A stretch of 14,445 bases of DNA, from assembly GCA_043812975.1 (NCBI GenBank), contig JBDRLP010000024.1, positions 1-14,445 of the forward strand, given 5' to 3'. The stretch comes from Candidatus Iainarchaeum sp. (GTDB lineage Archaea > Iainarchaeota > Iainarchaeia > Iainarchaeales > Iainarchaeaceae). Each line of letters starts with the position of its first letter. Position 1 is the first letter of the stretch. The notes beneath the pieces were generated by a model. The model did not search any database. It saw only the letters and a program-made list of their open reading frames with translations, and was not told the DNA's origin. Position numbers and translations under genes: made by a program. Positions 1 to 7,450 of this stretch are shown here, piece by piece.

Positions 1-221
1 GATTTGTAAGGCATATCAGCAATAACCATTGCTTTTGGTCTGGCTCTGCAAACAGCTTTTGTATGCAAAAGCATTTCTTCCATTCCAATTTGTTTTGTGC
101 TTTTCAAACCATGAACAACATTAGCAGCTGAATCTCCAATAAGTATTAAATCTACTCCTGCTTTATCAGCTATTGAAGCAGAAGGAAAATCATATGCTGT
201 TAACATTACAATTTTTTTCAA
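1..221 (-). CDS. panB: 3-methyl-2-oxobutanoate hydroxymethyltransferase (ketopantoate hydroxymethyltransferase), N-terminal part; runs off the window edge
   Basis: Not in the ORF track. My translation of the minus strand from TTG at 221 gives MKKIVMLTAYDFPSASIADKAGVDLILIGDSAANVVHGLKSTKQIGMEEMLLHTKAVCRARPKAMVIADMPYK. It contains the PanB motifs MLTAYD, GVDxILxGDS and ADMP. An AAGGT SD-like site lies just upstream. Confidence 0.93.
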   Translation of the reverse strand, partial: MKKIVMLTAYDFPSASIADKAGVDLILIGDSAANVVHGLKSTKQIGMEEMLLHTKAVCRARPKAMVIADMPYK

Positions 222-240
222 AATAATTACCTTAAATTTT

Positions 241-279
241 TAATGTTATAAAAAAGCATTACGAACTAATAATTAAATA
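241..279. promoter_or_regulatory. Divergent panB/ilvE promoter region with archaeal TATA-like boxes
   Basis: TTTATAA on the minus strand (246-252) is about 25 nt upstream of the panB start. TTAAATA on the plus strand (273-279) is 31 nt upstream of the ilvE ATG. An inverted repeat TAATG-N11-CATTA spans 241-261. Confidence 0.5.
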
Positions 280-310
280 GTGTTTGTGATTTGTTTGTAT
301 AAGTGGTTTT

Positions 311-1225
311 ATGGAAGAAACTGAATTTATCTGGATGAACGGGAAAATGGTTCCATGGAAGGACGCTAAAATTCATTTTCTTACTCATGCTTTGCATTAT
401 GGAAGTGCTGTTTTTGAGGGAATTCGGTGTTATAAAACAGATAAAGGTCCTGCTGTATTTCGATTGAAGGATCATTTGGAAAGGCTTTTTTATTCAGCAG
501 ATGTTTTTGGAATGAAAATTCCTTACTCTCAAGAAGAATTGTACAAAGCAACAATTGAAGTTGTCGCAAAAAATAATTTAGAAGAATGTTATATTCGACC
601 ACTTGCGTATTATGGTTATGGACAAATGGGTTTGAACCCAAAAGGAGCTAAGGTTGATGTGGGAATTGCTGCATGGCCATGGGGGTCTTATTTGGGTGAT
701 GAAGGATTAAAGAACGGAATCAGAATGAATATTAGCAAATGGATTAGACCTCCAACAAACATGATGCCCACTAACGCAAAAATTTCCGGGAATTATGTGA
801 ATAGTATTGTTGCAAAGGTTGATTCTGTAAATTCAGGTTTTGAGGAAGCGATTTTGCTGGATCTAAAAGGAAATGTTGCTGAATGCACTGGAGAGAATCT
901 TTTTATTGTAAAAAATAACGAACTTATTGTTCCTCCTACTGAGAACACTTTGAAGGGAATTACTCGGGATAGTATGATGGAAATTGCAAAAGATTTTGGG
1001 ATTACTGTAAAGGAAGAATTTTTCAATCAAGAACAATTACTTAGTGCTGAAGAAGCTTTCCTCACTGGAACTGCTGCCGAGGTTACCCCTATAAGGGAAA
1101 TAAATAACCAGAAAATAGGAGAAGGCAAACTAGGACCGGTTACAAAAAAGATTCAGGAAAAATATTATGAAGTAATCCACGGAAAAGATTCAAAATATGA
1201 AAAGTGGCTGGATTTTGTGAAATAG
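311..1225 (+). CDS. ilvE: Branched-chain amino acid aminotransferase (PLP fold type IV)
   Basis: Motifs HALHYGSAVFEGIR, YIRP, AKISGNY (PLP lysine), ECTGENLF, LKGITRDS and FLTGTAAEVTP. 304 aa. Confidence 0.96.
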   Translation: MEETEFIWMNGKMVPWKDAKIHFLTHALHYGSAVFEGIRCYKTDKGPAVFRLKDHLERLFYSADVFGMKIPYSQEELYKATIEVVAKNNLEECYIRPLAYYGYGQMGLNPKGAKVDVGIAAWPWGSYLGDEGLKNGIRMNISKWIRPPTNMMPTNAKISGNYVNSIVAKVDSVNSGFEEAILLDLKGNVAECTGENLFIVKNNELIVPPTENTLKGITRDSMMEIAKDFGITVKEEFFNQEQLLSAEEAFLTGTAAEVTPIREINNQKIGEGKLGPVTKKIQEKYYEVIHGKDSKYEKWLDFVK

Positions 1226-1774
1226 GTGAGAAACATTTCTGATTACGAAAAACTTTTTGAATTAATGCACCAGAGGCAAAGCATCCGCAAATTCCAGAAA
1301 AAAGAAATTCCAAAAAAGATTATTGAAAAAATTGTTTCTGCAGGAACAACCGCACCTTCTTCTTTTAATTCTCAACCCTGGAAATTTTATGTTATTCAAA
1401 ATGCGGAAAAGAAAAACCAAATCCGGGAACTTTATGAAATGGTTCGTAAAAAGAAAGGTTGGTACAAACAGGATGTTTCTTTTATTGAAAATGCAACTCC
1501 AATAATTGTTACTTGTGAAGATGATGCACATGGAAAAATTATTAGTTGTGGAATGGCAATCCAGAATATGTTTTTAGCTGCTGAATCATTAGGTTTAGGT
1601 TCTTTACCTGCAGGTACCTTAGTAACAGATGAAGAAACTGTTTCCCAAGTAAAAAAAATATGCGAAATTTCTAAAGAAGAAAAAATTATTTTAGGAACTT
1701 TTTTTGGTTATAAGGATGAAACCCCTGAGCGCAAGGAAAGGAAGGATTTGAATTCAATTTTGGAGTTCAAATAA
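1226..1774 (+). CDS. Nitroreductase-family flavoprotein
   Basis: RQSIRKF, APSSFNSQPWKF and GMAIQNMFLAAESLGLGS are nitroreductase signatures. The GTG start immediately follows the ilvE TAG, suggesting co-transcription. Confidence 0.9.
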   Translation: MRNISDYEKLFELMHQRQSIRKFQKKEIPKKIIEKIVSAGTTAPSSFNSQPWKFYVIQNAEKKNQIRELYEMVRKKKGWYKQDVSFIENATPIIVTCEDDAHGKIISCGMAIQNMFLAAESLGLGSLPAGTLVTDEETVSQVKKICEISKEEKIILGTFFGYKDETPERKERKDLNSILEFK

Positions 1775-1777
1775 AAG

Positions 1778-1785
1778 CTTAAATA
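1778..1785 (+). promoter_or_regulatory. TATA box (CTTAAATA) for a leaderless transcript of the MsrQ-like gene
   Basis: 22 nt upstream of ATG 1808, the same spacing seen at several other genes. No SD before the ATG. Confidence 0.55.
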
Positions 1786-1807
1786 ATTCAAAGTACTATT
1801 TTTGTAG

Positions 1808-2515
1808 ATGCCAAAACTATTTGAAGGTGCAAAAAAGAACTGGAAATTTGTTCTATCCTTTCTAGTTATTTCTCTGGTTTTTTGGTTGATTCAGTATGCT
1901 TTCCAAGTGTACGTTCTTGGGATTACTGATGATGGTCAGGCTTTGGTTAGGGCTTCTGCATTTTCAGGAGCGACATTCATAACTCTTTCTTTGCTTTCAA
2001 GTATAATTTTTAAATTTAAACCAACTTTGGCAAAATACTGGACAGTGCGAAGATTGCTTGGAGTAATGGGTTGGTTGTTTATTGCATTGCATTTCAATTT
2101 TGTAATAGATTTTTATTACATGGGAAATCCTGCAGGATTATTTTTTGATTTAAATCCTTTTGCAAATCTAATTATTTTTGGTTTATTCGGATATTTTATT
2201 CTTTTACTATTGACTTTAACCTCAACTGACTGGGCTGTTGGAAAATTAGGGGCAAAGTGGAAACCCTTGCACAGATTGGTTTATTTTTCTTATTGGGCTA
2301 TAGTTACCCACTTCATGCTGATCAATCCGCTTGCATTGATGAACCTTGCGGGATACTTACTATTGCTCCTCACAGGCCTGACTTTACTGGGCGAACTCTA
2401 TTGGTTCATTAAAATAGCTGGGCAAAAAAACTTCAAAACCAAGGCAACAATCGTGGCAATTATTTTGTTTTTACTTTACCTGATTAGTATTTATTTTGGA
2501 TATCTGGTAAATTGA
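1808..2515 (+). CDS. Ferric-reductase-like transmembrane heme-b protein (MsrQ/YedZ family)
   Basis: Multi-TM protein with RRLLG...LH, LTLTS...WKPLHRLVY...H, the YedZ/MsrQ pattern including three conserved His. No msrP in the window, so no gene symbol is given. Confidence 0.82.
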   Translation: MPKLFEGAKKNWKFVLSFLVISLVFWLIQYAFQVYVLGITDDGQALVRASAFSGATFITLSLLSSIIFKFKPTLAKYWTVRRLLGVMGWLFIALHFNFVIDFYYMGNPAGLFFDLNPFANLIIFGLFGYFILLLLTLTSTDWAVGKLGAKWKPLHRLVYFSYWAIVTHFMLINPLALMNLAGYLLLLLTGLTLLGELYWFIKIAGQKNFKTKATIVAIILFLLYLISIYFGYLVN

Positions 2516-2530
2516 TAATTGACAAAAAAT

Positions 2531-2547
2531 CGATAGATATTTAAATT
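2531..2547 (+). promoter_or_regulatory. BRE/TATA promoter of the leader-leuA-ilvBHC-leuB operon
   Basis: CGATAGATA-TTTAAATT, with the TATA-like element at 2540-2547, 20 nt upstream of ATG 2568. This would put the transcription start at or next to the leader ORF ATG. Confidence 0.6.
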
Positions 2548-2567
2548 TCTTCAGCCTATATTATTTC

Positions 2568-2633
2568 ATGAATTCAAGCAATATAAGTAAAGTGGCATTA
2601 ATTCTGTTACTGGTACTTGTATTGCTAGCTTAA
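2568..2633 (+). CDS. Putative Leu/Val/Ile-rich leader (attenuator) peptide, 21 aa MNSSNISKVALILLLVLVLLA
   Basis: ATG AAT TCA AGC AAT ATA AGT AAA GTG GCA TTA ATT CTG TTA CTG GTA CTT GTA TTG CTA GCT TAA: 7 Leu, 3 Val, 2 Ile. It lies between the TATA box and leuA. Too short for the ORF track. Confidence 0.72.
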   Translation: MNSSNISKVALILLLVLVLLA

Positions 2634-2709
2634 ACACCCTGAAAAATTTTTTCGACTTCTGGGGTGTGATATCAAAAAAGATCAGAATTCGTTAGAAAAA
2701 AGGTTTTAA
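2634..2709 (+). promoter_or_regulatory. Structured leader RNA: hairpin ACACCCT...GGGGTGT enclosing a T6 tract, with alternative pairings reaching the leuA SD
   Basis: 2634-2640 pairs with 2661-2667 (6 Watson-Crick + 1 G.U). T6 lies at 2647-2652. Alternatively TTTTTTC (2647-2653) pairs with GAAAAAA (2695-2701) and TTCTG (2657-2661) with CAGAA (2683-2687). SD-like AAGGT at 2700-2704. Pairings were found by eye. Confidence 0.55.
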
Positions 2710-2711
2710 AA

Positions 2712-4265
2712 ATGACAAGAACAATCAAGATTTTCGACACAACCCTTAGAGACGGGGAACAAAGCCCAGGCGCTACCTTAAATCATAATGAAAAAATTCT
2801 GATAGCTAAACAGCTTGAAAGGCTTAATGTGGATATTGTAGAAGCTGGTTTTCCAATTGCTTCAGAGGATGATTTTAAGGCAGTTAATGAGATTGCACAG
2901 GAAATTTCAAAACCAATAGTGTGCGGATTAGCAAGATGTAAAAAAGAAGATATTGATGCTGTTGCAAAGGCGATTGAGCCTGCAAAAAAATCCAGGATTC
3001 ATGTATTCTTAGCAACTTCCCCAATTCACATGAAATACAAATTGAAAATGGAACCTTCACAAGTAATTAAGGAAGCTGAAAAATGGGTTAAGTATGCTAA
3101 AGAATTCACAGAAGATATTGAGTTTTCTCCGGAAGATGCAGGGAGATCAGAACCAGAATTTTTGTATCAAGTTCTTGAAAAAGCAATTGATGCTGGTGCA
3201 ACAACACTGAACATTCCTGATACTGTTGGTTATACTCAGCCACAGGAATATGGTGCAATGATTAAGGGAATAATTGAAAATGTCCCTAATTATTCTGATT
3301 CAATAACTATCAGTGCACACTGCCATGATGATTTGGGATTAAGTGTTGCAAATTCCCTTTCCGGAATAATGAACGGCGTTACACAAGTTGAAGGAACCAT
3401 CAATGGAATTGGTGAAAGAGCAGGAAACACTTCTCTTGAAGAACTAATCATGAACCTTCATGCGCGAGAAGAAGTTTTTGATGCAACAACTAATATTAAT
3501 CTGAAAGAAATTTACAATACAAGCCAGATGGTTTCAAGTTTCACATCATTGCTTGTGCAATCGAATAAAGCGATTGTTGGAAAAAATGCTTTTGCACATG
3601 AAGCAGGAATTCACCAGCATGGTGTTCTTGCAAATAGAGAAGTTTATGAAATAATGAATCCAGAAACAATTGGTAAAGAAACCGAGTTGGTTATCGGAAA
3701 GCACTCCGGAAAAGCAGGGGTTAAAGATTTTCTTGAAAAAAAAGGATTAAATCTTAATGAACAGGAACTGGAAGACATTACAAAAAAAATTAAGGATCTT
3801 GCGGACAAAAAGAAAACAGTTTATCACGAGGACATCATTGCACTTGCTGCTAATCTAAAAAATAAGTTAACTTCTAATCAGGTTTTTGTTAAACTTGAAG
3901 ACATAAAAATCACAACCGGAAATAAGGTTCAGCCAACAGCAGAAGTAACTCTTATTGTTGATGGTGTTTTGAAAAAAAGTACTGGAATTGGCATTGGTCC
4001 TGTTGATGCATCAGCAAAAGCAATTCGTAATGCTGTTGGGGAAGAATTCAAACTCAAGAATTATATTCTCAAAGCAATTACCGGCGGCACTAATGCCTTA
4101 GCAGATGTTTCAATAACTGTTGAGGATAAAAACCACCATGAATTCAGTGCTCAGGCGGTTAATGAGGATATAATCATGGCTTCGGTGGATGCACTCATAA
4201 AAGGTCTAAATAAAGCCTTTTCGTATAAAAAGAGTTCTAAGCTGTTTGGAAAGAAGGGGTTTTAA
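2712..4265 (+). CDS. leuA: 2-isopropylmalate synthase with C-terminal regulatory domain
   Basis: DTTLRDGEQSPG, IHVFLATSPIH, PDTVG, HCHDDLG, GIGERAGN, HEAGIHQHG, and a C-terminal GxGPVDA allosteric domain. 517 aa. Confidence 0.93.
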   Translation: MTRTIKIFDTTLRDGEQSPGATLNHNEKILIAKQLERLNVDIVEAGFPIASEDDFKAVNEIAQEISKPIVCGLARCKKEDIDAVAKAIEPAKKSRIHVFLATSPIHMKYKLKMEPSQVIKEAEKWVKYAKEFTEDIEFSPEDAGRSEPEFLYQVLEKAIDAGATTLNIPDTVGYTQPQEYGAMIKGIIENVPNYSDSITISAHCHDDLGLSVANSLSGIMNGVTQVEGTINGIGERAGNTSLEELIMNLHAREEVFDATTNINLKEIYNTSQMVSSFTSLLVQSNKAIVGKNAFAHEAGIHQHGVLANREVYEIMNPETIGKETELVIGKHSGKAGVKDFLEKKGLNLNEQELEDITKKIKDLADKKKTVYHEDIIALAANLKNKLTSNQVFVKLEDIKITTGNKVQPTAEVTLIVDGVLKKSTGIGIGPVDASAKAIRNAVGEEFKLKNYILKAITGGTNALADVSITVEDKNHHEFSAQAVNEDIIMASVDALIKGLNKAFSYKKSSKLFGKKGF

Positions 4266-5956
4266 TGAAAGGTTCTTTAGCTGTATTGAAAGCATTGAAA
4301 AGAAACAAAGTAGAGGTAATGTTCGGAATTCCCGGAGGCGTGGTTATTCCGTTTTATGATGAAATTTACAAAGATGATGAATTCAGGCACATTCTTGTGA
4401 GGCATGAACAAGCAGGAGCCCATATGGCAGAGGGTTTTGCAAAGGCTTCAGGAAGAACAGGAACCTGCTTAGGAACCTCAGGACCAGGAGCAACCAATTT
4501 AGTTACTGGAATTGCTGATGCATTCATGGATTCAGTTCCGATAGTTGCTTTTGGAGGGCAAGTAATAACTCCATTAATAGGTAAAGATGCTTTTCAGGAA
4601 GCAGATTTAATGGGAATAACAACCCCAATAACAAAACACAATTTCCAAATTACTGATCCGAATGACATTGACACGATTATTGATAATGCTTATTATATTG
4701 CCAATACAAACAGACCAGGCCCGGTTTACGTTGAATTGCCAAAGGATGTTCAGGTTGAAAATGTTACTAAAAAAAACGAATTGAAATTAAAAGGTTATAA
4801 AATTTTGAAAGGTTTTGATTCAGAAGCCGTGAAGAAAGCAGCAAAAATGTTGCTTGAAGCTGAAAGACCGGTAATGCTTATTGGTGGCGGTGCTTTATCA
4901 GGGAATTGTTCAAAAGAAATCAAAGAAATAGCTGAAACTTGTATGATTCCTGTTGCAAGTACTTCGCAGGGAAAAGGAGTTTTTGATGAAAGGCATCCGC
5001 TTTCATTAGGAATGACTGGAATGCATGGTCAGCCTCCTGCGGTTTATGCAATTCAAAAGTGTGATGTGCTTTTTAACATTGGAACAAGATTTGATGACAG
5101 AGTTACAGGAAACCTTTCCGGTTTTGCTCCTGAAGCAAAAGTAATTAACATTGAAATTGATGCAAGTGAATTTAACAAAAACAGGAAATCTGATATAGGA
5201 ATTCTTGGAAATGCAAAAGAAGTTTTACAGGAAATGGTTGGTATTGTTAGACAAATGCAGTGGAAAAATGAAGTTTGGAAAGATAAATTAAAACAATTAC
5301 AGAAAGAATATGGTGAAGAAATTAATATTGATTCTACTCCAATTGACCCAAGAAAACTCATGTATGAAATTCAACAGGTTTTAACTCCTGATACAATTGT
5401 TACAACAGGAGTCGGAGAACATCAAATGGATGTTGCTCACTTCATAAAGTTTTCAAAGCCAAGAAAGTTCCTTACTTCCGGAGGTTTAGGAACAATGGGT
5501 TTTGGTTTTCCTTCAGCAATAGGGGCCAAGGTTTCTTCTCCTGAAAATGAAGTAATTAATGTTGATGGTGATGGTTCTTTTGCAATGACTTTACAGGAAT
5601 TAGCCACTGCTAAAGTGAACAACATTAAAGTTGTGAATGTGATTATGAACAATGGTTATCTTGGGATGGTAAGAAGCTGGAATGACATGTTTTATGGCGG
5701 AAGAAGAAGCCAGGTGTATTTAGGAAAGATTCCTGATTTTACTAAAGTTGCTGAAGCTTATTCATTGAAAGGAATCCGCGTTGATAAGCCAGGTGAAATT
5801 GGCCCTGCTTTGAAAGAAGCATTGAAGAATGATGAAACAACTGTTGTTGAGGTTCACACAAAATCTGATGCAATTGTACTGCCGATTGTTCCTGCTGGTG
5901 CTGCAAACCACGAAATGATTGGGGACAGTATCCCTAAGGAGTTCTTTGACAAGTGA
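4265..5956 (+). CDS. ilvB: Acetolactate (acetohydroxyacid) synthase large subunit
   Basis: FGIPGG, RHEQAGAHMAEG, TSGPGATN, DAFQE, RFDDRVTG, SGGLGTMG and the TPP motif GDGSF...NNGYLGMV. TAATG overlap with leuA. Confidence 0.95.
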   Translation: MKGSLAVLKALKRNKVEVMFGIPGGVVIPFYDEIYKDDEFRHILVRHEQAGAHMAEGFAKASGRTGTCLGTSGPGATNLVTGIADAFMDSVPIVAFGGQVITPLIGKDAFQEADLMGITTPITKHNFQITDPNDIDTIIDNAYYIANTNRPGPVYVELPKDVQVENVTKKNELKLKGYKILKGFDSEAVKKAAKMLLEAERPVMLIGGGALSGNCSKEIKEIAETCMIPVASTSQGKGVFDERHPLSLGMTGMHGQPPAVYAIQKCDVLFNIGTRFDDRVTGNLSGFAPEAKVINIEIDASEFNKNRKSDIGILGNAKEVLQEMVGIVRQMQWKNEVWKDKLKQLQKEYGEEINIDSTPIDPRKLMYEIQQVLTPDTIVTTGVGEHQMDVAHFIKFSKPRKFLTSGGLGTMGFGFPSAIGAKVSSPENEVINVDGDGSFAMTLQELATAKVNNIKVVNVIMNNGYLGMVRSWNDMFYGGRRSQVYLGKIPDFTKVAEAYSLKGIRVDKPGEIGPALKEALKNDETTVVEVHTKSDAIVLPIVPAGAANHEMIGDSIPKEFFDK

Positions 5957-6429
5957 TTTTTATGGAAAAATTTATTATAAAATTGATTGTTGACAACACA
6001 AAAGGAGTAATGGCCAGAATTGCTACTTTGCTTTCAAGAAAAGGTTACAACATAACATCTATTGCTGTTGGTTCTCATCTTGAGGAAGGAGAAGCAAGTA
6101 TTATGCTTACTATTTGGGGCAATGAAACAGAAGTTGAACTTGCAAAAAATATGCTTGAAAAACTCATTAATGTAATTGATATTCATAAGTATCATGAAAG
6201 TGAAGTGATTGAGAAAGAACATTGTTTGTTGAAAATTAAGAAAACTGAGAGTCCGGTTGCAAAACTGAATAACAAAAATGTTGTTGTTTTAAGAGAGAAT
6301 GAAGGAATTATGGTTCTTGAGTATATTGATCATCCAGATAAGGTTGAAGCGCTTATTACAACTGCTGTAAAAGAATTAGATGTTCTTGATATTTCAAGAT
6401 CAGGAACAAATGCAATGTCAATAAAATGA
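5953..6429 (+). CDS. ilvH: Acetolactate synthase small (regulatory, ACT) subunit
   Basis: ACT motif DNTKGVMARIATLLSRKGYNITSIAVG...LEKLINVI and C-terminal SRSG. GTGA overlap with ilvB (alternative ATG at 5962). Confidence 0.9.
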   Translation: MIFMEKFIIKLIVDNTKGVMARIATLLSRKGYNITSIAVGSHLEEGEASIMLTIWGNETEVELAKNMLEKLINVIDIHKYHESEVIEKEHCLLKIKKTESPVAKLNNKNVVVLRENEGIMVLEYIDHPDKVEALITTAVKELDVLDISRSGTNAMSIK

Positions 6430-6463
6430 TTATGCTTGGATTTTCATTTAGGGGGTAGGTAAG

Positions 6464-7450
6464 ATGAAGATATATAGAGAAGAAGATGCGGATTTGAAAA
6501 ATTTAGAAGGAAAAACCATTGCAGTTATTGGTTATGGTGCACAGGGAAAAGCACAGGCACAGTGCATGAAAGATTCTGGATTGAATGTTATTGTTGGATT
6601 AAGAAAAGATAGTTCATCAGTTGAAAAAGCAAAAGAATATGGTTTTGAAGTTTTTATAACCTCTGAGGCAGCTGAGAAAGCAGATATAATTCATTTTTTG
6701 ATTCCTGATGAAAAACAAGCAGAAATTTATACAAAAGATATAGCCCCTCACATGAAAGGAGGGAAAACACTTTCATTTTCACACGGATTCAATATTTGTT
6801 ATAAGTTCATCAAACCTGCTGAAGGAATTGATGTTATAATGGTTGCTCCAAAAAGTCCAGGTACTGAGGAAAGAAAAAGATACTTGGAAGGATTTGGAGT
6901 TCCTGGTTTGATTGCGATAAAACAGGATGCTTCAGGAAACGCAAAACAAACAGCACTTACAATGGCAAAAGCAATTGGACTTACGAGAGCTGGTGTTTTG
7001 GAATGTACTTTTGAACAGGAAACTTATGAGGACTTGTTCGGAGAACAAGCAGTTCTTTGTGGTGGCACGGCCGAGCTGATAAAGGCAGGTTTTGAAACTT
7101 TAGTAGAGAGAGGTTATCCTCCTGAAATGGCTTACTTTGAATGCTTGCACGAGCTGAAACTCATTACTGATTTGATTTATGAGGGTGGTTTGGAACACAT
7201 GTGGAAAGTTGTTTCTAATACTGCTGAGTATGGTGGAAGAACCAGAGGAAAAGCAATTATTGGCCCGCATGTAAAAGAAAGAATGAGTGAACTCCTTGAT
7301 GATATTGAATCAGGAAAATTTGCAAATGAATGGATTACTGAAAGCAAGTCCGGTGGAAACAATTTCAATAAACTAAGAGAAGAACAGGACGCTCATGAAA
7401 TAGAAAAAGTCGGCAAAGAAATCCGTGCGTTGTTCAAGAAGAAAGAGTGA
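6464..7450 (+). CDS. ilvC: Ketol-acid reductoisomerase (short, class I)
   Basis: IAVIGYGAQG, FSHGFNI, MVAPKSPG, EDLFGEQAVLCGG, AYFECLHELKLI, SNTAEYG. SD-like GGGGGTAGGT upstream. Confidence 0.97.
   Translation: MKIYREEDADLKNLEGKTIAVIGYGAQGKAQAQCMKDSGLNVIVGLRKDSSSVEKAKEYGFEVFITSEAAEKADIIHFLIPDEKQAEIYTKDIAPHMKGGKTLSFSHGFNICYKFIKPAEGIDVIMVAPKSPGTEERKRYLEGFGVPGLIAIKQDASGNAKQTALTMAKAIGLTRAGVLECTFEQETYEDLFGEQAVLCGGTAELIKAGFETLVERGYPPEMAYFECLHELKLITDLIYEGGLEHMWKVVSNTAEYGGRTRGKAIIGPHVKERMSELLDDIESGKFANEWITESKSGGNNFNKLREEQDAHEIEKVGKEIRALFKKKE

Noticed and set aside
266..1531. ORF-track entries 266-475(-), 381-641(-), 793-1026(-), 1262-1531(-), 1323-1505(+)
   Set aside because: Antisense or off-frame shadows of ilvE and the nitroreductase, with no motifs or promoter support.
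2634..2680. Classical Rho-independent terminator after the leader peptide
   Set aside because: The hairpin is followed by GATATC-A6, not U's, on the sense strand. The T-run would be on the minus strand and separated from the stem, so it is kept only as a structured element.
2516..2711. T-box riboswitch or tRNA gene in the leuA leader
   Set aside because: No T-box consensus (TGGNACCGCG-like), no room for stem I, and no cloverleaf or TTCGA arm in a tRNA context.
2712..4265. Citramalate synthase (cimA) or homocitrate synthase instead of leuA
   Set aside because: Motifs (GEQSPG, ATSPIH, HEAGIHQHG), the regulatory domain and the operon context with leuB favour IPMS. Dual activity cannot be excluded from sequence alone.
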